From Myxococcota bacterium (GTDB lineage Bacteria > Myxococcota_A > Polyangia > Nannocystales > Nannocystaceae), in contig JBCCWC010000006.1 in assembly GCA_039194325.1 (NCBI GenBank), positions 91,187 through 155,186 on the forward strand: DNA of 64,000 bases, read 5' to 3'. A program made the translations under genes and the position numbers. The first letter of the stretch is position 1. The number at the start of each line of letters is the position of its first letter. This document shows, piece after piece, positions 9,079 through 18,436 of this stretch. The notes below the pieces were generated by a model that saw nothing but the letters and a program-made list of their open reading frames with translations, did no database searches and was not told where the DNA came from.

Positions 9079-11193
9079 ATGAACGCACACGGCAAGATCC
9101 TCAAATCCCTGCTCCCCTTTGCTTTTTGTCTGGCGGCCGGTCCCGCCGCTTGTACTAACGACACCGGTGAAGACTCCGGTGGCGCGACAGGCACACAGGG
9201 CGATACCGACCCCACCGGCGACAACCCCACCGAGGGCGACAGCGACCCTGACTCCACCGGGAGCGACAGCGCCGACACCGGTGACACCGACGACACCGCG
9301 GCCGATTGCGTGCCCGAGACCGAGCCGACCCTGATCGATCGCGACACTGGGGCCACGGTGGAGGTGTACGACCGCTGCGGGATCACGGTGCACTCCTATG
9401 TCGCGACCCCCGACGTCGCCGGCAACGGCCTGCAGATCATCGAGACGGCCGACGCCCTGGTGCTGATCGACGCCCAGTTCGTGCCCACGGTCTCGCAAGA
9501 CTACCGGGCCTACGCCGACTCGTTGGGCAAGCCCATCGAGCGCATCATCATCACCCACGAACATCGCGATCACTGGGTCGGGCTGGGCGCGGCGTTCACC
9601 GACGTGGATGCCTACTCCTCGGCCGGAGTGCTGGCGATCCTCGAAGGCGGCGGGCTGCCGCTGTGGCAGAGCTTCCAGCCCACCCCCGGCTCGGCGCTCT
9701 CGCCCGGGTTCATGGTGCCCACCCTGGAGATTCAGCCCGGCACCGAGGTGATCGACGGCGTGACCTTCGAATACTCCGTGTACGTCGACAACGAGGCCGA
9801 GGAGGCCCTGGTCATCCATCTGCCCGAGTACGGTGTGCTCGCGGTGGGCGACATCGTCTACAACGGCTACCACGGGATCATGGCGGGCGACGACGTGTTC
9901 AGCGGCTGGTCCGACGCGCTTGCCTCGCTGCAGGAGCTCTCCAACGTCGAGATGGTGCTGCCGGGGCACGGCGCGCCCGGCAACGCTTCGGTGTTGGCCG
10001 ACATGGCCGGGTACATCGAGGCCGCCAGCAACGCCTTCGCGACCGCCAGCGGGCCCGAGGACTATCGCGCCCAGATGGAGTCCCTATACCCCGAGCGCCT
10101 CGGCGGCGATCAGTTCTTCGGGATCACGCTGGGTCGGCTCTTCCCGCCGCCCCAAGAGCGCGCCGGCGCACAGACGGCCAACGAGATGGTCACGGTGGGC
10201 GAGCAGCCCGAGTACCTCGAGCCGGCTCCGAGCGACGGGTTTGCCTCGAAGAATTGCGCCTACTTCGATCTGGCGCCAGGCGATGATTACCTCGGGCTCG
10301 ATCCGAACGAGGCCCAGCACGAGGTGTGCCTGCTCAACACCTACACGAGCCTCAAGCATCGGATCATCACCACGGTCGTGGACCCGGCCGACCAGGATCT
10401 CTACGACCGGCACCGGGCCTATATCGATCGCTTCACCGTCTTTGTGGACGGCCAGCCGCTGTCGGAGATCTACGATCTTACGTGCAACGGCGGTGACTGC
10501 CAGTCGCTGTTCGCGTCGGATCCGGTCACGCGTACGCCGATCTTCGAGAACATCGCCCAGCTCTTCGCCGGTGACTCCGAGGTCACGATGCAGCTTTTCG
10601 GGGGAGGGTTCGTCAACATCTCGTTCTTCGCTCCCCGGGCCGGGCCCAGCTCGCTGATCCCCCATCAGCTCGTCTCCGCTCAGCTACCGCGCTTTGGCCA
10701 GCCCGACGAGATGGTCGGCTACGACGCTAGCGCCGATCCGATCCGGATCCCCGAGATCGAGTATCCCCGCGGGCAGCCGGTGATCAACGACAACGCCTTC
10801 GGGCTGAGCTGCGAGACGGCCGAGGGGGCCCAGCACGAGGCCCAGCGCTACCTCGTTCGCTACCGCGAGGCCCAGGCCACTCGGGTCCAGCCCAACGAGT
10901 ACCCGCGGGTGCTCGGGCTGCTCAACGCCGAGTACAACACCAGCGGCGAGTCCAGCCAGGGGTACTTCAGCGTGCACGTACTGTGGTCGCCGATCCCCGA
11001 GGTCGACCCGGGGGCGGATCCCACCACCTACCTCCACGAGCGGATCGTGATCCCCAAGCAGCAAGACTGCATCGTGTCGGGCATCGACCCCATCGAGACG
11101 GTTGCCCCCGCCGAGGCCGAGGCCGCGCTGGCCGACAGCGAGAGCCTGACCGCCTGGCTCGAGGCCCAGGAGGCCGAGGTCGCGCCCAGCTGA
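9079..11193 (+). CDS. Lipoprotein: acidic linker, MBL-fold hydrolase domain, unrecognised C-terminal domain of about 340 aa
   Basis: Lipobox-like PAAC, THEHRDH, VGDIVYN, LPGHG, then a Cys-containing region with no motif I recognise. Confidence 0.8.
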   Translation: MNAHGKILKSLLPFAFCLAAGPAACTNDTGEDSGGATGTQGDTDPTGDNPTEGDSDPDSTGSDSADTGDTDDTAADCVPETEPTLIDRDTGATVEVYDRCGITVHSYVATPDVAGNGLQIIETADALVLIDAQFVPTVSQDYRAYADSLGKPIERIIITHEHRDHWVGLGAAFTDVDAYSSAGVLAILEGGGLPLWQSFQPTPGSALSPGFMVPTLEIQPGTEVIDGVTFEYSVYVDNEAEEALVIHLPEYGVLAVGDIVYNGYHGIMAGDDVFSGWSDALASLQELSNVEMVLPGHGAPGNASVLADMAGYIEAASNAFATASGPEDYRAQMESLYPERLGGDQFFGITLGRLFPPPQERAGAQTANEMVTVGEQPEYLEPAPSDGFASKNCAYFDLAPGDDYLGLDPNEAQHEVCLLNTYTSLKHRIITTVVDPADQDLYDRHRAYIDRFTVFVDGQPLSEIYDLTCNGGDCQSLFASDPVTRTPIFENIAQLFAGDSEVTMQLFGGGFVNISFFAPRAGPSSLIPHQLVSAQLPRFGQPDEMVGYDASADPIRIPEIEYPRGQPVINDNAFGLSCETAEGAQHEAQRYLVRYREAQATRVQPNEYPRVLGLLNAEYNTSGESSQGYFSVHVLWSPIPEVDPGADPTTYLHERIVIPKQQDCIVSGIDPIETVAPAEAEAALADSESLTAWLEAQEAEVAPS

Positions 11194-11523
11194 CCGCCAG
11201 CGGCAACGCCAGCTGACCACCAGCTGAATCACGAAGACATCGCATCACCGACCATCACCGACCATCACCAACCACTCCGCCCCACCGTTCATCGACGGTG
11301 GGGCGTTTTCGTGGTGGCGACGAAGTCATCGCTCTGCGTCGGCTCCCTGGCCGCTTCCTCCTGCACCATGCAACACCCGAGCAGGTTCGGTTCACCACCC
11401 CGCACCCGCGCAATCTCACATCTTGCATGCCTCGGCCGCAGCCGGAACACGCGTTAGCGGCAGGCGAGCGCTCTACACTCGATCGGGTGACGAGCGGCAC
11501 CGGGCCGTGGTAGGTCGCGCCCG

Positions 11524-12108
11524 ATGCGAACCACCCCCGCACTTTTCCTCTCGCTCTCTTTGTTCGCCCTTGGCCCTGCGTGTGACAGCAAGGACGCCAA
11601 GAAGGACGCCGCCGCCACCAAGAAGGACGCCAAGAAGGACGACGCCGCCGCCAAGAAGGACGCCGCCGCCGCCAAGAAGGACGACGCCGCTGCCAAGAAG
11701 GACGACGCCGCCGCCAAGAAGGCCGACGCGGGCCCCGCCGAGATCAGCCTCCCGAAGGTCGGGCTCAAGGCCGACGCTCCTGGGGGCACCAAGGTCTCCG
11801 ATATGATGGGCAACGACATGGTCCAGGGCCCCAACCTGGTCGCCACGGTCGAGAAGGGTGACGACAAGCCCAAGACCGGCGAAGAGGCCCAGAAGGAGGC
11901 CGACATGTACACGCCCCTGGATCCCAAGGTTGAGAAGCTCGAAGACGGCTACGTGCTGACCTTCACCAACAAGGGTGCAGCGGGCACCAACTAATGGGTG
12001 CAGGCGCGACGCGAGATCGATGGCGCCGCCTTCTGGTGCTCCACCACCGCGTCCTCGCAGGAGCAGCTGGACGCCGCGGTGGCCTTCTGCAAGAGCCTCC
12101 GCAAGTAG
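11524..12108 (+). pseudogene. Lipoprotein with KKD(D)AAA repeats, interrupted by an in-frame TAA at 11992-11994
   Basis: Lipobox GPAC. After TAA the same frame continues 37 codons (WVQARREIDGAAFWCSTTASSQEQLDAAVAFCKSLRK) with GC3-rich codons to TAG at 12106-12108. Confidence 0.75.
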
Positions 12109-12237
12109 AGCAGCGCGCGTTCGTCCACGGTCTGCGCGAGGCGATGGATCGCCTCGCGTGGCCGTCGGTCGTTTACGCCGGAGCCCGCGCACGTCATTGC
12201 TTCGGTCATCATCGCCTCGACCATACGATCGGGCTTT

Positions 12238-15200
12238 CTATTCGACACGGTGCGCGGCCAGCCAGGCCTCTATCTCGTCGACGTCAACGTTGGCATCGCC
12301 GGGTCCTTCAGCCGCCGCCAGCGCATCCCGGGCCTGCTCGGCCAGCGCACGGGCTCGCGCCCGCTCCGACCTCTCGCTCCACAGGGTCTGGGCGAGCACG
12401 AAGCGAGCCACAGCGAGCCACCCGGGTGCCACTGCGGCCGCATCACGAATCGAGACAGCACGTTCGGCATCGATACGGGCGGAGCTGGGATCCCCCCTCT
12501 CCAGCGCGACCGTGGCCAGCCCCAACAGCGAATTGGCCACTTCTGGATGCTCGGAGCCCAGTGCTTCTTCAAATATCCTCAGCGCTCGCTCATAGTGCTC
12601 CTTCGCAGCCTCGAACTCCCCTTGGCGGACATAAACGTGCCCCAGGCTGTTCAGGGAATTAGCCACATAAAGATGCTCAACACCCACCGCCTCCTCGAAT
12701 ATCCTTAGCGCTCGTTCATGATACTTCTTGGCCTCCTCGTACTTCCCTTCGTGGCTACACAAAGTCCCCAGGTTATCCAGGCTATTGGCCACATAGAGAT
12801 GCTCGTGACCCAGCGACTTCTTCCATATGAACAGCGCGCGCTCATGATGCTCTCTCGCCTCTCCGTACCTACCTTGGCGCATGTATATATTGCCCAAATT
12901 ATTCAGGCTCGTGGCAACATCTGGATGCTCGTGACCCAGCGCCTTCTCCCTTGCCCCCAGCGCCCGCTGATGGTGTTCTTCTGCCTCCTTATACTCCCCT
13001 TGAAGGCCATACACGATGCCTAGATTGCTCAGACTGTTGGCCACAGAGGGATGATCCGCCCCCAACGATCTCTCTTGCTTCTCTAGGGCTTGTCTATAAT
13101 ACGCTTTCGCCTTCTCGTACTTCCCTTGAAGATCGTACACGACCCCCAGGTTGTTCAGAGTAGAAGCCACGAGGGGATGGTCGGCACCCAGCGTCCTCTC
13201 CCATAGCTCTATCGCCCGCTCATAGTACGCCTTCGCTTCTTCATACTCCCCCCGACCGCCGTACACGCCCCCAAGATTATCCAGAGTAGCGGCTACGAGG
13301 GGATGCTCCGGCCCCAGCGCCTTCTCCCGTAGTTCCAGCGCTCGTTGATAGTATTCCTGGGCCTTCTCATGCTCTCCTTGGCTCAGGCATACAGATCCCA
13401 ATATGCTCAGGCTCTCGGCCACTTCTGTCGGCTCGCCGCTGCCCTGGGCCAAGGGCAGGGCCTCCATCTCGCCCCACTGTCGGCCCTCGACGTACCGCGC
13501 GAGCCGAACGCCCACCACGAAGGCCAGACTCTGCGCCGTGCCGAGCGTGATCTCGTCGTGGTGGTTCTCCAGCGCCAGTGCATGGGCTCGCCGCAGGTCC
13601 TGTTCGGATCCGGCGTATTGACCGTTGCGTTCTCGTAGATCTCCTTGTAAGTGCCGAACCTCGGCGAGCAGCGGCGAATACTCCAGCGCCTCAGCGTGTG
13701 GCCACATCGCCTCGACCTTCTCAAGGGCCTCGGCGTAGCGGCCGGCCTTGTCCATCGCCTCGATGTCGGCCAAGCGCTCGCGCAACGCCTCGACCTCCGC
13801 GGCTAGATCGGGGTCCTCGGGCGGGGGGACGCGCTGGTCTTGCTGCTCCAGCCAGTCCAGGTCGTCGCAGCGGGTCAGCGCGGGCAAGCCAGCCACGAGC
13901 TTCACGGCGTTTTGCACCACCTTGGCATCGGCGTCGGCGAGGACATCGACCGACGCGCGGAGCGAGCTGCGGCGCCTGTCCAGGCACCGCATGCGCAGCC
14001 GCATGGCCTCGTCGGACTGCTCACCGCGCACGCTGGTGGCCTCACAGACCTCGGTGTGCTTGTCCGTCCAGGCGTCAGCGTAGGCGTCGAGCCGAAGGTC
14101 CACGCGCTCCCACGTCCCCGGGGCATAGGAGATCTCGGTGCCCAGGACGGCGGCCTCGGCCGCCTGCCGGCGCTCCTCGTCCCAGATGCCGTCCAGCTGG
14201 GCGCGAGCGCCGGTACAGCGCTGCGCCATGTCAGCCTGGTAGGCCAACCCCGCGCCTACCAGCCCCAGCCCTACCGCGACCCCGGCCCCTAGCGCCAGCC
14301 ATCGCCCCCGACGCGGAGCCACCAATCGTCGAAGCTGTCCGAGCAACACCTCCATCGAGGGCCACCGCTGCTCGGGCTCGACCGCCAACCCCCGCAGCAA
14401 CACGGCACGCAGTCGGGCTGGCACGGGGCGACCCTTGGGGGCTGGCCGCACCTCGTTACTGGTTACCGCGGCCATCAGCGCCGCCACCGAGTTGCCTTCG
14501 AAGGGTCTCTCCCTGTACACGGCTTCATAAAGCGCCACGCAGAAGCTGAACTGATCGCTGCGGGCATCGACCGACCGGCCCAGCATCTGCTCGGCCGGCA
14601 TATAGGCGGGCGTACCCATCACGGCGCCGGTCTTGGTCAGCGCGACCTCCTGGGGCACCGACTCACGCCGGTCCGTACGTGCACGCTCCTCGGCCTCGCC
14701 TTGCCCGTCGTCGATCGTCTCCACCTGACGAGCCAGCCCAAAATCGAGGACCCGAGCCCACCCTTGGTCGTCGAGCATCGCGTTGCCGGGCTTGAAATCG
14801 CGGTGGACGAACCCACGAGCATGCGCCGCGGCCAGGCCCGCGCCCACTTGTAGGAACACCTCGACGCACTCGCGCCAGCTCGGCCGCGGCTGCTGACGCA
14901 TCCATGCCCGCAGCGTCTGCCCCTGGACGAGCTCCATGGCCACGAAGGTCCGCCCGTCGACCTCGCCCACTTCGTACACCTGCACCACGTGCGGGTGCGA
15001 CAGCTTGGCCATCGCCTGGGCCTCGCGCACCAGACGGGCGGTGTGCCGCTCGTCGATCTCCTTGTGCAATACCTTGAGCGCCACCCGGCGGTCCAGCGTG
15101 GGATCGAAGGCCTTGAACACCACGCCCATGCCCCCTTGCCCGAGGGTGCTCATGATCACGTAGCGACCCAAGGTGGATGGTGGGCTCGACGCTCCGAGCG

Positions 15201-15402
15201 ACTCCGGCTTCCTCGCCTGCCGATCGGCGTGATCGGCCTGGCCACCGAGCGCGGCAGCCGGCCCCTCGGCCAAGGCAGTCGTCGCATTACCAATGCCACG
15301 CGCAGCACGATCATCGGTCTGCTGCTCGACGGTGCCGACTTCGGACCCCGTCGTCGTCAATCCATCGGTGTCATTCCGACCCGTATATTCGCCTCCTTGC
15401 AT
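12238..15402 (-). CDS. Ser/Thr protein kinase with TM segment and C-terminal TPR array
   Basis: GQGGMG, VALK, HRDFKPGN, DFG, GTPAYM; TM LALGAGVAVGLGLVGAGL; repeated LG.EHP.VA.SL.NLG 42-aa TPRs. Confidence 0.95.
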   Translation of the reverse strand: MQGGEYTGRNDTDGLTTTGSEVGTVEQQTDDRAARGIGNATTALAEGPAAALGGQADHADRQARKPESLGASSPPSTLGRYVIMSTLGQGGMGVVFKAFDPTLDRRVALKVLHKEIDERHTARLVREAQAMAKLSHPHVVQVYEVGEVDGRTFVAMELVQGQTLRAWMRQQPRPSWRECVEVFLQVGAGLAAAHARGFVHRDFKPGNAMLDDQGWARVLDFGLARQVETIDDGQGEAEERARTDRRESVPQEVALTKTGAVMGTPAYMPAEQMLGRSVDARSDQFSFCVALYEAVYRERPFEGNSVAALMAAVTSNEVRPAPKGRPVPARLRAVLLRGLAVEPEQRWPSMEVLLGQLRRLVAPRRGRWLALGAGVAVGLGLVGAGLAYQADMAQRCTGARAQLDGIWDEERRQAAEAAVLGTEISYAPGTWERVDLRLDAYADAWTDKHTEVCEATSVRGEQSDEAMRLRMRCLDRRRSSLRASVDVLADADAKVVQNAVKLVAGLPALTRCDDLDWLEQQDQRVPPPEDPDLAAEVEALRERLADIEAMDKAGRYAEALEKVEAMWPHAEALEYSPLLAEVRHLQGDLRERNGQYAGSEQDLRRAHALALENHHDEITLGTAQSLAFVVGVRLARYVEGRQWGEMEALPLAQGSGEPTEVAESLSILGSVCLSQGEHEKAQEYYQRALELREKALGPEHPLVAATLDNLGGVYGGRGEYEEAKAYYERAIELWERTLGADHPLVASTLNNLGVVYDLQGKYEKAKAYYRQALEKQERSLGADHPSVANSLSNLGIVYGLQGEYKEAEEHHQRALGAREKALGHEHPDVATSLNNLGNIYMRQGRYGEAREHHERALFIWKKSLGHEHLYVANSLDNLGTLCSHEGKYEEAKKYHERALRIFEEAVGVEHLYVANSLNSLGHVYVRQGEFEAAKEHYERALRIFEEALGSEHPEVANSLLGLATVALERGDPSSARIDAERAVSIRDAAAVAPGWLAVARFVLAQTLWSERSERARARALAEQARDALAAAEGPGDANVDVDEIEAWLAAHRVE

Positions 15403-15525
15403 GGACTCCCCGTAGGCTCTTTATACTGGCTTCCTTGCCGAGCCCAAGCACGCGACTCGCTTCGGTGGTATGATGGCTGCCCCGCCCGATAGCAATCGGT
15501 TGTGGCTTCAACAACCCGTCTTGGC

Positions 15526-17085
15526 CTAGCACCCCACGACCTGCACCCGCCTGCCCCGGTGCTCCACGGGCCGCGTAAACAGCCGTTCGTCCCACGGTCG
15601 CGTCGAGCGAAGATCGAAGAGCACCATCCAGCCCTCCGACAACCCCAGCCGCTCGAGATACCCGGTCACCTGGTCCAGCGCTCGCTGCTCGGTCGTCGTG
15701 TCCCGCCGCACCTTGACCTCGATGGCGTAGCGCTGCCCTCGCCACAGCACCAACAGGTCGAGCGCCCCGCGACCCAGCCCGTACTCACGCTCGATGCGGC
15801 CCCCCCCGTTGACCACCCGCTGCAAGAACGCCATCAGCATCAGGTGCGGCCCGGCCTCACGGTAGCGAAAACCCTCCGCGGCCAGGTGTCCGTCCTCGCG
15901 CCAGAACACCTGCCAGTCTGCCATCAGCTTGGCCATGTCCAGTGACCCGTCGGATCGTACGTACCACGCCGGCTCGTTGGCGATCTGCAGCTGCCGGTGA
16001 TGGGTGAGCGCGCGCGGGAGGACCTCGGCATAGATCGGATTGGCGATTTCGTAGCGCCCAGCCCGAGTGTGGAGCAATCCAAGCCCGACCACGTAGGCGA
16101 AGTCGTCATCGAGCACATCGCCGTCCGTGGATCCCCCGGTGAGCATCGGCGCGAGGATCCGTCGCACCCGATCCTCTCGCAGCCGCGCCACCAACGAGTC
16201 GATGTGGGTACGCCGCTCGAGGATGATCGTCTCCTTGGCGGCCTCTACATGGGCCGCAGTGACCTCGACTTCACGGTTCGGCACATCCCGCCGCACGACC
16301 TGATCGGCCAGCGCATTGGTCAGCCACGGGTGCCCCCGGCCCAGATCCCAGATCTTCGCCACCGCTTCGGGCAAGAACTGCTGCCCGGTGGCGACTTGAT
16401 GCTGCGCCAAGAGCTCCCCCACCTCCGCCTCGGTGAAGGGACCCAGGGTCGTCGCCTCCGCGGTGATGTTGAACGGCGAGGTCGTCCCCAGCCACGCCAG
16501 CGTGCTGCGGTCCTCCTCCCGTAGCGCGTAGTCCCGCACTTGCCGCTGACCCACCAGCACCACGCTCGACGGAAATGGCAGCTCGGCCCGCGCGATGTAG
16601 CCCTGCCGCAGCTGCGTGAGCAACGAGACCATCGCTTCTCCCACCAGGCCGTCGACCTCGTCGAGCAAGAGCACCAGCGGGAGCTGCACCCGGGCCGCCA
16701 GATCCTGGAGATATCGGCGGATACAACTCCTCGCGGGCTCGAGCGCACGAGCGGGACCCGAGGGCAAGGCCAAGCCCGGCAGATCGCGCGCGATCGCAAG
16801 ATCGAGGTCGTCGAGCACCAGCGAAAATGCCTGGCCAGGGTCGGACACCTCGCGTGCGTCTTGGACGTCGACCCACACCGCGCGGAAGCGATCTCCCGCG
16901 TTGAAATGTTGCACGAGCCACCGCGCACTGGTGGTCTTGCCCGTCTGCCGCCCCGCGTGCAGCGTGAAGTACCGTCGTGCCTCGATGAGCGCCAGCACGT
17001 CATCCAGACGCCGCCCCGGTGGCAACATGTAGTGCTCACCTGGAAGGCACGGGCCGGATGTATTGAAGAACGGGAGCACGGGCAC
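15526..17085 (-). CDS. AAA-like P-loop ATPase fused to a C-terminal PD-(D/E)XK nuclease-like domain
   Basis: FFNTSGP, Walker A AGRQTGKTT, Walker B LLLDEVD, GRGHPWL, C-terminal EREY...GALDLL...AIEVK...ALDQ..GY. Confidence 0.85.
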   Translation of the reverse strand: MPVLPFFNTSGPCLPGEHYMLPPGRRLDDVLALIEARRYFTLHAGRQTGKTTSARWLVQHFNAGDRFRAVWVDVQDAREVSDPGQAFSLVLDDLDLAIARDLPGLALPSGPARALEPARSCIRRYLQDLAARVQLPLVLLLDEVDGLVGEAMVSLLTQLRQGYIARAELPFPSSVVLVGQRQVRDYALREEDRSTLAWLGTTSPFNITAEATTLGPFTEAEVGELLAQHQVATGQQFLPEAVAKIWDLGRGHPWLTNALADQVVRRDVPNREVEVTAAHVEAAKETIILERRTHIDSLVARLREDRVRRILAPMLTGGSTDGDVLDDDFAYVVGLGLLHTRAGRYEIANPIYAEVLPRALTHHRQLQIANEPAWYVRSDGSLDMAKLMADWQVFWREDGHLAAEGFRYREAGPHLMLMAFLQRVVNGGGRIEREYGLGRGALDLLVLWRGQRYAIEVKVRRDTTTEQRALDQVTGYLERLGLSEGWMVLFDLRSTRPWDERLFTRPVEHRGRRVQVVGC

Positions 17086-17140
17086 AGCGAGTCGCTGGGT
17101 GAAACCCAGCCGTTGCCTACCCTAGCACCGCCCGTGTGCT

Positions 17141-17180
17141 CACGAACATGGTCCCGAACATGGTCACGAACATGGTCACG
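17141..17180. repeat. 12-bp tandem repeat x3+ (TCMCGAACATGG)
   Basis: tcacgaacatgg tcccgaacatgg tcacgaacatgg tcacg, between the desaturase stop and the ATPase start. Confidence 0.85.
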
Positions 17181-17198
17181 CTCGCCCTAGATTCGGCC

Positions 17199-18311
17199 CT
17201 ACGCCGCCCGAGCGACCACCGGGGCCTCCGCCACCTGCACCGGCTCACGACCCATCCGCTTGAGCCACCGGTAGTGCGAGGCTAGCAGCGCCCACATCGA
17301 GCCCCCGACCTTGTACTCCACCCCGTACTCCGCGCAGACCTCCCGCACGATGGGCGCCAGCGCCGGGTAGTGCACGTGGCTCACCCGCGGGAACAGGTGG
17401 TGGATCGCCTGGAAATTCAGGCCGCCCACATACCAGCTCACCCAGCGATTGCTCGGGCAAAAGTCGATCGTAGTCGCCAGCTGCAGCCGGGCAAAATCCA
17501 GCTGTAGCTCCCCGTCGTTGGCCTCCGGATCGAAGAACTCGGCCTCCTCGACGCAGTGAGCCAGCTGGAAGACCAGCGAGAGGATCACCCCCGCCACGAA
17601 CTGCGAGACGACATAGAAGACCAGCGCCGGCAGCCAGCCCACGACCAGCACCGGCACGAGCAGCGCCCAGATCCCGTGGACGACCTTGAACCCCCAGAAC
17701 ACCCGGGCCTCTTCACCCCGCGGGGGGGCAAGCGGCTGAGTCCCCAGCCGCCCCCGGGCGACCTGCTTGAAGTCGTCGATCAGCCACCACTTCATGGTGA
17801 CGAACCCGTACAAGAAGAACATGTACAGGTGCTGAAATCGATGCGCGGCATGGTGCCGCTGCCCGGGAGCGAGGCGGGCCAGCGGCTCGAGGGCGATGTC
17901 GTCGTCGGCCCCCTCGATGTTGGGATAGGTGTGATGCACGTGGACGTGCTTGACCCGCCAGACGTAGGAGCTGGCCCCGAGCAAGTCGAGCACGCGCGCC
18001 GAGAGCTTGTTGCCGCGCGCGGTGGAGGCGTAGGCACCATGGCTGCCGTCGTGCATCACCGCCATGCCCAACCCCGCGATGGCGATGCCGGCGACGACCG
18101 CGGCCACCAGTACGCCCAGCCACCCTAGCCCATTGAGGAGGAACGCGAAGTAGCCGGCGAAGAGCACCGCGAAGAGCACCACGGTCTTGCGCACGATCGT
18201 GCGCCCCCCGTCGCGGCGTAGGCCCGTGCGCGCGAAGTACTCGTCGACGCGACGAACGAGCTGGCGATGGAAGTCACTACGGGGAACGAAGCTAATTCGA
18301 GTGTCGCGCAT
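17199..18311 (-). CDS. Membrane fatty-acid (acyl-CoA) desaturase
   Basis: His boxes HDGSH, HVHVHH and QAIHH, plus FQLAH and GGLNFQ..HHLFP. Start set at MRDTRISF. Confidence 0.93.
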   Translation of the reverse strand: MRDTRISFVPRSDFHRQLVRRVDEYFARTGLRRDGGRTIVRKTVVLFAVLFAGYFAFLLNGLGWLGVLVAAVVAGIAIAGLGMAVMHDGSHGAYASTARGNKLSARVLDLLGASSYVWRVKHVHVHHTYPNIEGADDDIALEPLARLAPGQRHHAAHRFQHLYMFFLYGFVTMKWWLIDDFKQVARGRLGTQPLAPPRGEEARVFWGFKVVHGIWALLVPVLVVGWLPALVFYVVSQFVAGVILSLVFQLAHCVEEAEFFDPEANDGELQLDFARLQLATTIDFCPSNRWVSWYVGGLNFQAIHHLFPRVSHVHYPALAPIVREVCAEYGVEYKVGGSMWALLASHYRWLKRMGREPVQVAEAPVVARAA

Positions 18312-18436
18312 CGCCGATCGTGCTCGGCAGGACAGCACCCTCACCGCCATCGAGCAACGCCAGACCGGGGCTGCGACGGTTTTATGACCGTCGAGACCAC
18401 GATCGACCCCCGCGGCGACACAACCACGACAATGCG

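Noticed and set aside
11590..11730. KKDDAAA repeats as a histone-like DNA-binding protein
   Set aside because: The repeats are roughly charge-neutral and follow a lipobox, so they are better explained as a linker.
11992..11994. Selenocysteine or pyrrolysine recoding
   Set aside because: The codon is TAA, not TGA or TAG.
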